Shown here piece after piece: positions 7,329 through 16,814 of a DNA stretch of 64,000 nucleotides. How positions within the stretch are numbered: the first letter of the stretch is position 1; each line of letters begins with the position of its first letter. Origin of the DNA: Gemmatimonadales bacterium (GTDB lineage: Bacteria; Gemmatimonadota; Gemmatimonadetes; Gemmatimonadales; GWC2-71-9). The notes under the pieces were generated by a model. It saw only the letters and a program-made list of their open reading frames with translations, did not search any database and was not told where the DNA came from. The translations under genes and the position numbers were made by a program. Location of the stretch: contig DATBJC010000083.1 of the NCBI GenBank assembly GCA_036556625.1, positions 651 to 64,650 of the forward strand, written 5' to 3'.

Positions 7329-10181
7329 ATGCCGTCGCTGCTGGAACGCCTGCGGGATGCGGTCGCTCCGGCGTTCACCGTGGAGCGCAAGCTCGGCGCC
7401 GGTGGCATGGGGGTCGTGTTCCTCGGGCACGACACGGCCCTCGATCGTCCCGTCGCGATCAAGGTGCTTCGCCCGGAGCAGGCCACCGCCCATGCGGCGG
7501 AGCGCTTTCTCCGGGAGGCGCGGCTGCTGGCCAAGGTGCACCACCCCGCCGTCGTGCCGATCCATCAGGTCGCGGAAGGCGGCGGGCTGTACTACTGCAT
7601 CATGGAGTACCTCTCCGGCGAGACGGTCGCGGACCGCCTTCGGCGCGGGCCGTTGCCGGCGGAAGAGGTCCTCCGTCTCGGCGCGGATCTGCTGGCCGGG
7701 CTGCAGGCGGTGCATGAGCTCGAGATCGTCCATCGCGACGTCAAACCCTCCAACATCTTTCTCCTTCCCGATCGCACGGTCCTGACCGACTTCGGGATCG
7801 CGCAGCCCGGGCGAGACTCCGATCTCACCAGCTCGAGCGAGATCGTCGGCACCATCCGATACATGCCGCTGGAGCAGCTGAGCGCCTCGCGGGTGGACCG
7901 TCGAGCGGATCTGTATTCGGCGGCGGTGGTGCTGTGCGAAGCGCTGCTGGGTGAGCTTCCGCCGGTCCCGGCGACCTACGGCGATTCGATGCCCTGGGCC
8001 AGGATCCCCCGGCGGTTCCGTGCGGCGCTCCGGCGCGCGCTACAGACGAATCCCGACGATCGCTGGCGTGACGCCGCCGGGTTCCGCGATGCGTTCACCG
8101 CGCGGCCGCTGATCGATCTCCGACGCGGGAGCCTCGGAGCGGGTGCCATCGGCGCGGCGGTGGTGGCGTGGGCCCTGGTGGGCGCGGGTCCGCGAACGGT
8201 GCTTCATCCCGCCGATCTGGCGGTCCTCCCTTTCGAGAGCGTCACCGACACCCGGACCGGCGACCAGCTGGCCCGCCATATCGCCGACAGGCTGGGCTGG
8301 TTCGGGCGGTGGCGGCTCCAGCCCAGCGCGGTCACCTTCGCCTGGGCTTCGGATGTTCCCCTCACCGAGCGGGAGGACCGCGCCGCGCGTGAGCTCAAAG
8401 CAGCGTACTACGTCGTCGGGCGGGTGCTGCCGGGTCCCGCATCCTCGACAGTGGAGCTCACCATTCGCGACTCGGCTGGCCGGGCGGTCACCATCACCCC
8501 CATCCGGGTGGCCGGCACGGCGGACGACATGCCGTCGTGGGGGCGGGACGCGGCCGATTCCATCGCCGCCCGCATCTTTCCGCAGTTCGCCCAGGAGTTC
8601 CGGGAGCTCGGAGGCCGCGCCGTGGGCGACGCCAAGGCGTACGAGGAGTACTTCCGGGGAGAGGAAGCATTCCAGCGCGACGCGTACGAGGACGCCGAGC
8701 GGTACTACCTGGCAGCGCTGGCCCGCGACTCGGGATTCGTCGAGGCGTCGCTGCGGCTGGCCATCGTGCGGCGCTTTCGGCGGGTGCCGTTCGAAGCGGA
8801 CCTCAAGCACCTCTACGAGCGGAGCGCCTACGATCTGCCGCCGCAGCACCGGCTGCTGATCGAAGCCCTGCTCGAGCCCGACCTGACCTTGCGCTTCCAG
8901 CGCTACCGGGAAGCCGTGACGGCCTTTCCCCGGGACGCCACGGTCCGGTTCGTGTACGCCGACGAGCTGTTCCACCGAGGTCCGCTCATCGGGATCCCGC
9001 TCGACTCGGCAGTCGCCGAGCTCACCAGGCTGGTCGAGATGCACCCTCATCTCGAGCAGGCTCCCGCGTACGACCATCTGCTCTGGGGCTACCTGCGGCT
9101 GGGCCGCCAGAACGAGGCCGATGCCAGCCTCCGGAGCCGCATACGTCTGGTGCATGGCGGCGAGTCGGAGGAGGATCGCCAGCGCCGGCGATTTCTCCAG
9201 CTCGCCCGGGATGCGCGCTTCGGTGCGCTCACGGTGACACCCAAGCTTTGGTGGCTGTCGTCCTTTGCGGATTCGGCCACCCTGTCCTCGATCCAACGCT
9301 ACGTGCCGCTGGGCAACAGCTTCGAGGTACCCGAGACTCAGCTGGCCCTGGGACGCACTCTGGTAGCTCAAGCGAGCTTACCCGCGGCACGCGCGGCGGG
9401 GCATCGGGCCCAGGGGTTGGCCCTCATGCTGCTCGGTCGGCCCGCGGCGGCACTCGCGCAGCTGGACACCGCCATCGCGCTCAGTGGCACGCCGGACAGC
9501 GCGGTTGAGCGGTCGGAGTGGCGCGTGCTTCCTCGCTCGCTGGGGCTCCCCGACGCGGGCGTCGCCGAACGCAACTGGGGCCGGTCGCGACTGGAGGCGC
9601 TGGCGCGCCTCCCGGCTCCGGACGCGCGAGCCGCGTGGGCGCTGGCAGTGGAGGCCGCGGCGGGCGGCGCCAGCGCGATGGGCCGGTGGCGGCCGCTGGT
9701 CATCCAGGCCAGCCGGGGACCCGCAGTCGCTCGGAGATTGTCCCTCCTGCTCGACGCGATGTCGTTGGCGCGGCGAGGGTCTCCCGATTCCGCGCTCGCG
9801 CTCTCGATCCCTCTTCTCGCCTACGACTCGACCGGGGTGGTGGAGGATCCATTCGCCCGTGCGGTGCTCCACCTGGAGCGGGCCGACTGGGCTCTCGCGC
9901 TGGGCGACAGCGCGGCGGCCGACCGCGAGCTGCTCTGGTACGAGAACTCGGATATCGGGATCGAGGGCTGGATCCAGACCGAGCTCCAGAGCGGGGAAGT
10001 GGACGCGATGCTGAGCGGTGTGGTCCGGCTGCGGCGTGCCCGCCTGGCGCTCGCCAGCAACGAGACCTCGCGCGCTTGCGGTTGGCTCGGTCGGCTGGGC
10101 GAGCTCTGGCGCGAGGCGGAGCCGGTGTACGCGGCGCTGGTCACCGAGGCGCGCGAGCTCTCCAGGCGGTGCCCCGGATGA
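7329..10181 (+). CDS. Hanks-type Ser/Thr protein kinase with TM, TolB-N-like and TPR-like C-terminal region
   Basis: GAGGMGVV, VAIKVL, HRDVKPSN, TDFG. One TM (GAIGAAVVAWALVGAG). LAVLPFES module and a helical-repeat tail. Confidence 0.9.
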   Translation: MPSLLERLRDAVAPAFTVERKLGAGGMGVVFLGHDTALDRPVAIKVLRPEQATAHAAERFLREARLLAKVHHPAVVPIHQVAEGGGLYYCIMEYLSGETVADRLRRGPLPAEEVLRLGADLLAGLQAVHELEIVHRDVKPSNIFLLPDRTVLTDFGIAQPGRDSDLTSSSEIVGTIRYMPLEQLSASRVDRRADLYSAAVVLCEALLGELPPVPATYGDSMPWARIPRRFRAALRRALQTNPDDRWRDAAGFRDAFTARPLIDLRRGSLGAGAIGAAVVAWALVGAGPRTVLHPADLAVLPFESVTDTRTGDQLARHIADRLGWFGRWRLQPSAVTFAWASDVPLTEREDRAARELKAAYYVVGRVLPGPASSTVELTIRDSAGRAVTITPIRVAGTADDMPSWGRDAADSIAARIFPQFAQEFRELGGRAVGDAKAYEEYFRGEEAFQRDAYEDAERYYLAALARDSGFVEASLRLAIVRRFRRVPFEADLKHLYERSAYDLPPQHRLLIEALLEPDLTLRFQRYREAVTAFPRDATVRFVYADELFHRGPLIGIPLDSAVAELTRLVEMHPHLEQAPAYDHLLWGYLRLGRQNEADASLRSRIRLVHGGESEEDRQRRRFLQLARDARFGALTVTPKLWWLSSFADSATLSSIQRYVPLGNSFEVPETQLALGRTLVAQASLPAARAAGHRAQGLALMLLGRPAAALAQLDTAIALSGTPDSAVERSEWRVLPRSLGLPDAGVAERNWGRSRLEALARLPAPDARAAWALAVEAAAGGASAMGRWRPLVIQASRGPAVARRLSLLLDAMSLARRGSPDSALALSIPLLAYDSTGVVEDPFARAVLHLERADWALALGDSAAADRELLWYENSDIGIEGWIQTELQSGEVDAMLSGVVRLRRARLALASNETSRACGWLGRLGELWREAEPVYAALVTEARELSRRCPG

Positions 10182-12097
10182 TCACCTCACGCACGCTCGG
10201 GCCGGTGGAGGTGATGGTGGACGGCGCGGCCGCGATGCCGGAGCTGCTGTGGCGCAAGCATCTCGCGCTCCTCATCTATCTCGCCCGCACCGCACCGAGC
10301 GGGTGGAGCCGCGAGCATCTGGTCGGATTGCTCTGGGCCGACAAGCCGGAGAGTGCCGCCCGTCACTCGCTCAACGAGGCGATCCGCGTCATCCGCCGCC
10401 ACGCAGGCGAGTCGGCGGTGCAAACGACGGCGAACTCCATCCGCATGTCGCCCGGCGCCGTGCTGCTGGACGTCGATCAATTGGTGGAGCGCATCGGCCA
10501 GGAGGACTGGCACGGCGCCGCCAAACTGGTCTCCGGGGACTTCCTGGAGGGGTTCAGTGTGCCCGGCTCGGCCGGGTTCGAGGATTGGCTCACTACCGAG
10601 CGCGAGCAGTGGCGAGCCCAGGCGGTGGGGGTCCTGATCAAGCGCGCGGAACAGCTCGAGCACGCTGGACTGCCGCGCGAGGGGGCGGGGTACGCGGCTC
10701 GGGCCCTGACCCTGGATGGCCGCTCCGAGCGATCGCTCCGCTGTCTGCTGAAATGCCTCGCGCTGGCCGGCGATCGGGCGGCCGCACTCCATCGCTATGA
10801 GGACTATCGGTCCCGGCTGGCGGAAGAGCTCCAGACGATACCCGACCGGGAGACGGCAGAGCTGGCGGAGCGCATCCGGCAGCAGCGGGCGCCGGCTCCA
10901 TCGTTCGAAGCGGGAAGCTCCCGGTCCAGCGGCGCGGAGGCCCCGCCGCCGCTGGTCGGCAGAGAAGGAGAGCTCTCGCGCCTGTGCCGCGCGGCGGCCG
11001 ACTCGCGCGCAGCGAAGCGAGCGGCAGCGCTGTTCGTGGATGGCGATGTCGGCAACGGCAAGAGCCGGATGCTGGACGAGCTCTCGTCGCGGCTCCGCTT
11101 GGATGGCAGCACCGTCGTCAAGATCCGGGCGGTCGAGGCGGATCGGGAGACGTCCGGCGCCGGGATCGTGGCCTTCGCCCGCGGCGGTCTCCTGGAGGCG
11201 CCCGGCATCGCCGGCGCTCCGCCCCGGGCGCTGGCAGCCTTGGCACGGGTCAGCCCGGACTGGGAGGCTCGCTTTCCGTCGGCGGCTGCCGCCGACCCTC
11301 TTCCACTCGCCCGTGGCCTGACCGAAGTCCTGCTGGCGGCCGCCGAGGAACGCGCCATCGCCCTCGCGGTGGACGACGCCCACTGGCTCGATCGCGACTC
11401 GGTGCTCACGCTCGGTGCCGCGCTGCGAGATCTCCAGGCCACGCCGTTTCTCATCGCTTTCGCCCTGCCCCCACGGGCCAATCGCTCCGATCTCGATGAG
11501 ATCCGCTCGCACATCGGCCGCGATCTGGCTGGCACGGCGCTTGCCCTGCCACCACTCGGCCGCGACGCGCTCCTCGCGCTCGCGAATCACTTTCTGCCGG
11601 CGTATTCGGAGATCGAACTGGACCGGGTGGTCCGGCGGGTGGCCACCGATACCGCGGGCGTGCCCTTCTTCGCCGTGGAGGTGCTGCGCGCGGTCGCCTG
11701 TGGGCTCGACCTGGAGGGCTTGTCCGGCGCGTGGCCCGAGCCATCCCGAACGATGGACCAGACCCTGCCGGGCGACCTGCCCGACACCGTGGTGGCCGCG
11801 CTGCGCGTGACCTTCAGGCTCGTGACTCCGGGGGCGCAGTCAGTGCTGGAGGCGTTGTCGGTCCTCCGGGAGTATCCCGGCACCGACCGACTGGCGCGGG
11901 CGACCGGCCTATCGGAGCGCGATGTCGAAGCCGCGCTGGACGAGCTGGAATCCCGCCAATGGATCGCGGCGGATGCCCGCGGGTACGGGTTCACCGCTCG
12001 GCTCTCTCGCGAGGTGATCGCGCGCGACATGGTGACCGCAGGTCAGCGGCGTCGGATCCTGGACGCCGTGAGCGAAAACGCCCAGCGAGTGAGCTGA
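10178..12097 (+). CDS. SARP-type regulator (OmpR-like wHTH + BTAD) fused to AAA_16/STAND-like ATPase
   Basis: ATG 10178 overlaps the kinase TGA (ATGA). LLWADKPESAARHSLNEAIRVIRR and HRYEDYRSRLAEEL (BTAD). LVGREGELSRL followed by Walker A GDVGNGKS. Confidence 0.85.
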   Translation: MITSRTLGPVEVMVDGAAAMPELLWRKHLALLIYLARTAPSGWSREHLVGLLWADKPESAARHSLNEAIRVIRRHAGESAVQTTANSIRMSPGAVLLDVDQLVERIGQEDWHGAAKLVSGDFLEGFSVPGSAGFEDWLTTEREQWRAQAVGVLIKRAEQLEHAGLPREGAGYAARALTLDGRSERSLRCLLKCLALAGDRAAALHRYEDYRSRLAEELQTIPDRETAELAERIRQQRAPAPSFEAGSSRSSGAEAPPPLVGREGELSRLCRAAADSRAAKRAAALFVDGDVGNGKSRMLDELSSRLRLDGSTVVKIRAVEADRETSGAGIVAFARGGLLEAPGIAGAPPRALAALARVSPDWEARFPSAAAADPLPLARGLTEVLLAAAEERAIALAVDDAHWLDRDSVLTLGAALRDLQATPFLIAFALPPRANRSDLDEIRSHIGRDLAGTALALPPLGRDALLALANHFLPAYSEIELDRVVRRVATDTAGVPFFAVEVLRAVACGLDLEGLSGAWPEPSRTMDQTLPGDLPDTVVAALRVTFRLVTPGAQSVLEALSVLREYPGTDRLARATGLSERDVEAALDELESRQWIAADARGYGFTARLSREVIARDMVTAGQRRRILDAVSENAQRVS

Positions 12098-12098
12098 C

Positions 12099-12794
12099 TC
12101 AGGGCCGCAGCACGAAGGTGTACTCCTTGCCTTTGGCGGAGACGTCGGCCACCTGGTAGCCATGGCGATTGAGCAGCCGGATCGCCTCCCGGGTGCGTGC
12201 CGTGCCGACCTCCGGCCAACGATGATGGAACTCTACCAGCAGCTGGCGGGGGCGGAACCCGCACGCGAGCAGGTCCGGCAGGACCGCGTACTCGGTCCCC
12301 TCGATATCCAGCTTGACCAGTTGGGGCACCGAGCCGACCAGGTCGACCAGGCTGGCGAACCGGCGGACCGGGGCCACGATCGGATCTCCGATGCCGGTCT
12401 CCCGCACCATGCTGAAGCTCTCGCCTCCCTGGAAGCGCGAGGGGAGGAAGCGCGCCGTGCCGTCGTAGTCGGCCAGACCGAGCTCGTGCACCAGAAGCCC
12501 GCGGGGGAGCTGTTGCGAGCGGGCCCACTCCAGCGCGAGCGGCGTCGGATCGAAGGCGTGCACGGTGGCGCGGAACCGCTCGATCAGCGCGCGCTCGAAG
12601 CTCAGGTCGCGGCCGACCCCGAAGGAGTACGCCACGGGGGCATCTCCGAGGTCGTCGGTCGAGACGAACCATTGCCCGTGCCGGTCGCCCAGGACCTCGC
12701 CGCGCACCGAGCACTGGGGCAACTGGAACACATCGCGGCCCACCAGGGATCTCAGCCAGCGTTTCAGCAGCCGGGATGGCTTGCGAGGACTCAT
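12099..12794 (-). CDS. FkbM-family SAM-dependent methyltransferase
   Basis: YSFGVGRDLSFE and VKLDIEGTEYAVL patterns are typical of the FkbM family. Confidence 0.82.
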   Translation of the reverse strand: MSPRKPSRLLKRWLRSLVGRDVFQLPQCSVRGEVLGDRHGQWFVSTDDLGDAPVAYSFGVGRDLSFERALIERFRATVHAFDPTPLALEWARSQQLPRGLLVHELGLADYDGTARFLPSRFQGGESFSMVRETGIGDPIVAPVRRFASLVDLVGSVPQLVKLDIEGTEYAVLPDLLACGFRPRQLLVEFHHRWPEVGTARTREAIRLLNRHGYQVADVSAKGKEYTFVLRP

Positions 12795-12821
12795 CGCCAG
12801 TGGAGGGAGTCTCGATCGGGC

Positions 12822-13067
12822 CTAGACGTCATGGACGAAGAACGTAATCACCATGGCCAGCCCCATCGTGACGACCAGGAAGAGCACCAGAGAGATCGCG
12901 CCCATCAGCACCCCTGATTTCCAGCCGCGGCTCCAGGTTGTCACCGCTCCCACTCCGGCACCGGCGGTGACGGCCGCCAGAAAGAGCGTCCACGCGATCC
13001 AATGTGGCAATGCCAGAGGGTAGAACGTGTAGGGGACCGTGAAGTCCATGCCGGCTACACCGCCCAT
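12822..13067 (-). CDS. small membrane protein, unknown function
   Basis: Two or three hydrophobic helices (HWIAWTLFLAAVTAGAGVGAV; LMGAISLVLFLVVTMGLAMVITFF). The start is ambiguous (ATG at 13106, 13067 or 13049). Confidence 0.45.
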   Translation of the reverse strand: MGGVAGMDFTVPYTFYPLALPHWIAWTLFLAAVTAGAGVGAVTTWSRGWKSGVLMGAISLVLFLVVTMGLAMVITFFVHDV

Positions 13068-13080
13068 CCGCGAGTTTCCG

Positions 13081-13842
13081 TCATCGAGCTTCCCCGGCCA
13101 GCTCACTCAACGAGACTACCCGAAAACCCTGACTCTGCAGATAGGGCAGTACGGCCCGCAGGATGCGGATGGTTCGCTCACCTCGGCCGCCGCCGTCGTG
13201 CAGCACCAGGATGGCTCCCGGCCGAATGTTCCGGCGGATGTACCAGACGGAGTAGGCGACCCAGGGAATCGTCGTGTCGTAGGAGTACACCGATCCCAGC
13301 GCGCAGCGGTACCCGTGTCCGGTCATCGTGGCCACCATGGCCCGCGAGTACCATCCTGAGCCCGGGCGTGCCCACCGCACGGGGCCATACGGCTCAAGCA
13401 CCCGGCCGGACTCCTCGGCATCCCGGGTGAACTGGTCCTCCGGCAGTCGAATACTCGGTCGGTCATGGGTGAAGTGATTCCCGATCTCATGACCCTCGGC
13501 CACGATGCGGCTGACGACATCTTCCTGACCCCGGACTCGGTCGGCAATCAGGAAAAACGTCGCGCGTGCGCTGTGTCGGCGCAGCTCGGCCAATATGAGT
13601 GGTGTGGTTGCCGGATCGGGGCCATCATCGAGGGTCAACGCGACGAGGGGTGCCTGGAGAGCGATCCGGAAAAGGCAGCCGGGATAGCGGGCCGCGAGCC
13701 AATCGAGGAGCCAGAGTGGCGGGCCCCGGAGCAGGACGCCAGCGCTCGCGATCGTCGCAACCAGCAGCACCAAACCGAGCCGCCGAGCCCGCATCGTCGC
13801 TCCTCCCCGGTCAGGAGTTCGGTTACGACTCCAGATCGTCAC
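13081..13842 (-). CDS. polysaccharide deacetylase (NodB homology domain) with N-terminal membrane anchor
   Basis: LTLDDGPDP, ATFFLIADRV, GHEIGNHF. Anchor is LGLVLLVATIASAGVLL. Confidence 0.88.
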   Translation of the reverse strand: MTIWSRNRTPDRGGATMRARRLGLVLLVATIASAGVLLRGPPLWLLDWLAARYPGCLFRIALQAPLVALTLDDGPDPATTPLILAELRRHSARATFFLIADRVRGQEDVVSRIVAEGHEIGNHFTHDRPSIRLPEDQFTRDAEESGRVLEPYGPVRWARPGSGWYSRAMVATMTGHGYRCALGSVYSYDTTIPWVAYSVWYIRRNIRPGAILVLHDGGGRGERTIRILRAVLPYLQSQGFRVVSLSELAGEAR

Positions 13843-14677
13843 AGAAGATGAATCTCCGGGATTTCGTATCGAAGACCGATAGCGTTCGCCGGCCGCCTGA
13901 AGGGTCCAGCTGCTTGTTCACCGAGACCAGGTATCGATCGAACCGGGAATAGAAGACCGAGGGATGCAGCTTGTAGGCCTTCTGGGGGAAAAAGTACTTG
14001 GCGCCATCGAGCGTTACGATGAAGTTCGGACGAAGGCTGAAGTCGGAACCGAAGTAGTGCACGCCGTCCACCTCGATCGCAGCCGTGAAGCCCGCCAGCC
14101 AGCGTCGCAGCCTTCGTTCGAAGCGCAGCTTGCCGTCGGAGTGCACCCAAAGGTCCAGGACCTTCCGTGCTTCCCCCGTCGAGACCAAGAACTTCCCGGA
14201 CGATCCATACTTCTGGATCGCGTGGATATGCTTGAATCCAGCCATCCGCTGATAGTGGTCGCTCATGATGCACGACTGAGCAGTGAGGCAGGCGATTCTC
14301 GCTCCCTCTCCATACTCCCCAAGGATCAGGCGTCCATCCTCGAACCAGACAGCCTCCCGCCGGACTACTGCGAAATCTTCCGGCAGCGCCTGCACGGCCA
14401 CCCTGTCGCCGTAGAGCTCCAGCAATTGCTGTCTCGACATCACTGCGCGAGGCAGAAAGTCGCTCCTTTGAGCGAGTATCCGAGTTAGTGCTCGATGATC
14501 GTCAGGCGGAACGACCTCAGATGGACGATGACGCAGGGTGCAGTACGCGCCATAGAGGAGCTCAAGGACTCGACCTTCCCAGACTATCCGGCCGATGAGC
14601 TTGACCAGGGCTCCCAAGCTATGGGTCGTTCGGAACCGGTTCAGCGATGCGGTGATCGACGACTTGGTTGTCGCCAT
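13823..14677 (-). CDS. hypothetical protein (orphan, visibly lower G+C than neighbours)
   Basis: 284-aa ORF with no motif I recognise. It overlaps the deacetylase start by 20 nt and is the first gene of the minus-strand cassette. Confidence 0.6.
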   Translation of the reverse strand: MATTKSSITASLNRFRTTHSLGALVKLIGRIVWEGRVLELLYGAYCTLRHRPSEVVPPDDHRALTRILAQRSDFLPRAVMSRQQLLELYGDRVAVQALPEDFAVVRREAVWFEDGRLILGEYGEGARIACLTAQSCIMSDHYQRMAGFKHIHAIQKYGSSGKFLVSTGEARKVLDLWVHSDGKLRFERRLRRWLAGFTAAIEVDGVHYFGSDFSLRPNFIVTLDGAKYFFPQKAYKLHPSVFYSRFDRYLVSVNKQLDPSGGRRTLSVFDTKSRRFIFCDDLES

Positions 14678-14790
14678 TCAGTTTCTCCAAACGAGGACAT
14701 GCGCGCGCTCCGCTTCGAGAGATCAATCGACGGCTTCAGATGCGAAAATGAGGAGCTAGCCCTGGCGCGACAATCCGAGTAGCCTCCGGG

Positions 14791-15066
14791 ATGCCGGTGG
14801 TACACGACCCGGTCGCCCACCGATTCACCCTTGCGGTCCCCTCCGGCACCGCCCGGCTGCTCTACGCCCAGGCCGGCGCCGGGATCATCGAGTACTATAG
14901 CACCTACGTCCCTACCGCCGACCGCGGTCAAGGCCTGGGCGGCCAATTGGTGGAGGCTGCCGTGGAGTACGCGCGGGCCCAGGGACTTCGGATCATCCCC
15001 AGCTGCTGGTACGTCGCGCAGTGGCTTCGGAAGCACCCGGAGCACGCCGACCTGATATTCGCCTGA
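14791..15066 (+). CDS. small GNAT-like N-acetyltransferase (YjdJ-type)
   Basis: About 90 aa with YVPTADRGQGLGGQLVEAAVEYARAQGLRIIPSCWYV..HPEHADL, the YjdJ/GNAT-like single-domain pattern. Confidence 0.78.
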   Translation: MPVVHDPVAHRFTLAVPSGTARLLYAQAGAGIIEYYSTYVPTADRGQGLGGQLVEAAVEYARAQGLRIIPSCWYVAQWLRKHPEHADLIFA

Positions 15067-15082
15067 TCTCTCGGGCCACGTC

Positions 15083-16357
15083 ATGGATAGCATCGTGATC
15101 GGCGCCGGCCTGGCCGGCCTGGCGGCGGCATCCCGTCTGGCCGCCGCAGGCGTCGCAGTGACGCTGCTCGAGGCGCGCCACCGGCTGGGCGGCAGGGTGT
15201 GGACCGAAGCGGGTCCGGAGGACCATGCCATCGATCTGGCCGCGGAGTGGATCGACTCCCACGGAGAAATCCACCGGCTGCTTCGCGCCGCCCGGGTACC
15301 CCTGGCTCACGCCGAGGGAAGGATGGTGCGGCGAGTGGATGGGCGCTGGAAGGATCTGGAAATCGGCGCGGTCCGCCCGCTGCTTCACCGGGCCGCTTCT
15401 CTCGGAGGTCGGGATCGCTCGCTGATCGAGGCGCTCGACGAATGTTGCGGCGAGGCGGACGCGCTCGAGTCCCGCGCCGACCTGCTTCGATACGTGCGAG
15501 GATTCCACGCGGCGGACCCGCGCAGGGTCAGTGTCCGCTGGCTCACCCAGGTCGAGGCCAATCAGCCGGCGGATGCCTCGGACATCCGTGCCCCGGGCGG
15601 CGCCGGTCAGGCGGTGGAGACGCTGGCCGCTTCACTCGGCGCGCGGTGTGATGTGCGGCTCGGCACCGTGGTGCGCGCGGTGCACTGGCGGCCCGGCCGG
15701 GTCGAGATCCGGACGTCGGACGGCAGATCGCTCACCGCCCGCTCGGCCATGATCACCGTTCCCCTCCCGCTCCTCGACCCGCCGTCCGACGAGCCTGCGG
15801 CGGTGCGCGTCGTGCCCCGGCTCGACGCCAAGGTCGCGGCGGCGCGCTGGTTGGAGATGGGTCCGGTCGTGAAGCTGGGCCTGGGCTTCCGGACCGCCTT
15901 CTGGCGGGACATCGACGCGCTGCGTGACGTGCTCTTCATCCACGCCTACGAGCAGCCGGTTCCCACCTGGTGGATGGCGGCCGATCCCGCCGCGCCCTTG
16001 CTCACCGGGTGGGCCGGTGGCCCCGACGCAGCCCGGCTGGCTACGGCCGATCAGCCGGAGCTGGTCGGTCTCGCAGTGGCGTCTCTCGCCGGCGCGCTCG
16101 GGATGTCCGGGCGCGACATCGCGGCGCAGCTCGAATCCCGCCACTTCCACGACTGGAGCGCCGATCCCTACTCGCGCGGGGCCTACAGCTACGTCGGTGT
16201 CGGAGGGACGGAGGCGCACCACACTCTGGCGCAGCCGGTGGAGCGCACGCTGTATTTCGCCGGCGAGGCCACCTGTGGCGAAGGTTTCAATGCCACCATG
16301 GAAGGCGCAGTGCGCTCGGGGTGGCGCGCCGCGGAAGAGCTGCTGGGAGAGCTCTAG
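15083..16357 (+). CDS. FAD-dependent amine oxidase family oxidoreductase
   Basis: N-terminal dinucleotide fold IVIGAGLAGLAAASRLAAAGVAVTLLEARHRLGGR. C-terminal LYFAGEAT motif. Confidence 0.88.
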   Translation: MDSIVIGAGLAGLAAASRLAAAGVAVTLLEARHRLGGRVWTEAGPEDHAIDLAAEWIDSHGEIHRLLRAARVPLAHAEGRMVRRVDGRWKDLEIGAVRPLLHRAASLGGRDRSLIEALDECCGEADALESRADLLRYVRGFHAADPRRVSVRWLTQVEANQPADASDIRAPGGAGQAVETLAASLGARCDVRLGTVVRAVHWRPGRVEIRTSDGRSLTARSAMITVPLPLLDPPSDEPAAVRVVPRLDAKVAAARWLEMGPVVKLGLGFRTAFWRDIDALRDVLFIHAYEQPVPTWWMAADPAAPLLTGWAGGPDAARLATADQPELVGLAVASLAGALGMSGRDIAAQLESRHFHDWSADPYSRGAYSYVGVGGTEAHHTLAQPVERTLYFAGEATCGEGFNATMEGAVRSGWRAAEELLGEL

Positions 16358-16450
16358 GCGCCCATCGAAGGTTACTGCTTCGCAAGGCTGTCCAGCGATG
16401 CGGTGATCTGCCGCACATCATGGGCCACGACCCCAGTGGTAGCGTGCCCC

Positions 16451-16783
16451 ATGGCCAATTCCTACGAGCAGGAACAGCGCGATCTCAATCCCAACCGCGT
16501 CGAGGAGGAGCGGCACGCCCGGGAGGAAGCGGAGTATCGCCTTCGCGAGCGGGGGATCGAGGTGACAGCGAGGGACAGTGATGAGGAAGTGGCCGATCTG
16601 CTGGACGCGGTGGAACGGTTCGAGGGGGCGGTGGAGGCGCAGGGGGGAGATCTGTTCGTCGACCATCTCGGCTCGTCGGAGCCGGAGAATCCAGCCTTCG
16701 TGCCTCCCAAGCGGCGTCCGGGCGAAGGCGCCGCCGACTACCGCGCCCGGATCGACTCGGCCATCCGGCACCTGCGCCGCTAG
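16451..16783 (+). CDS. hypothetical acidic protein
   Basis: ATG 16451 (the ORF track starts at 16403). Charged, probably helical sequence with no recognised motif. G/C-rich third positions. Confidence 0.5.
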   Translation: MANSYEQEQRDLNPNRVEEERHAREEAEYRLRERGIEVTARDSDEEVADLLDAVERFEGAVEAQGGDLFVDHLGSSEPENPAFVPPKRRPGEGAADYRARIDSAIRHLRR

Positions 16784-16814
16784 CAGACGCGGGTTCCGGA
16801 ACGAACTTCCGCTC

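Noticed and set aside
9518-10177. N-terminal 220-aa extension of the SARP ORF in the ORF track (9518-12097)
   Set aside because: The extension is out-of-frame overlap with the kinase C-terminus and reads as low-complexity RG-rich sequence. The conserved wHTH begins right after the ATG at 10178, which overlaps the kinase stop.
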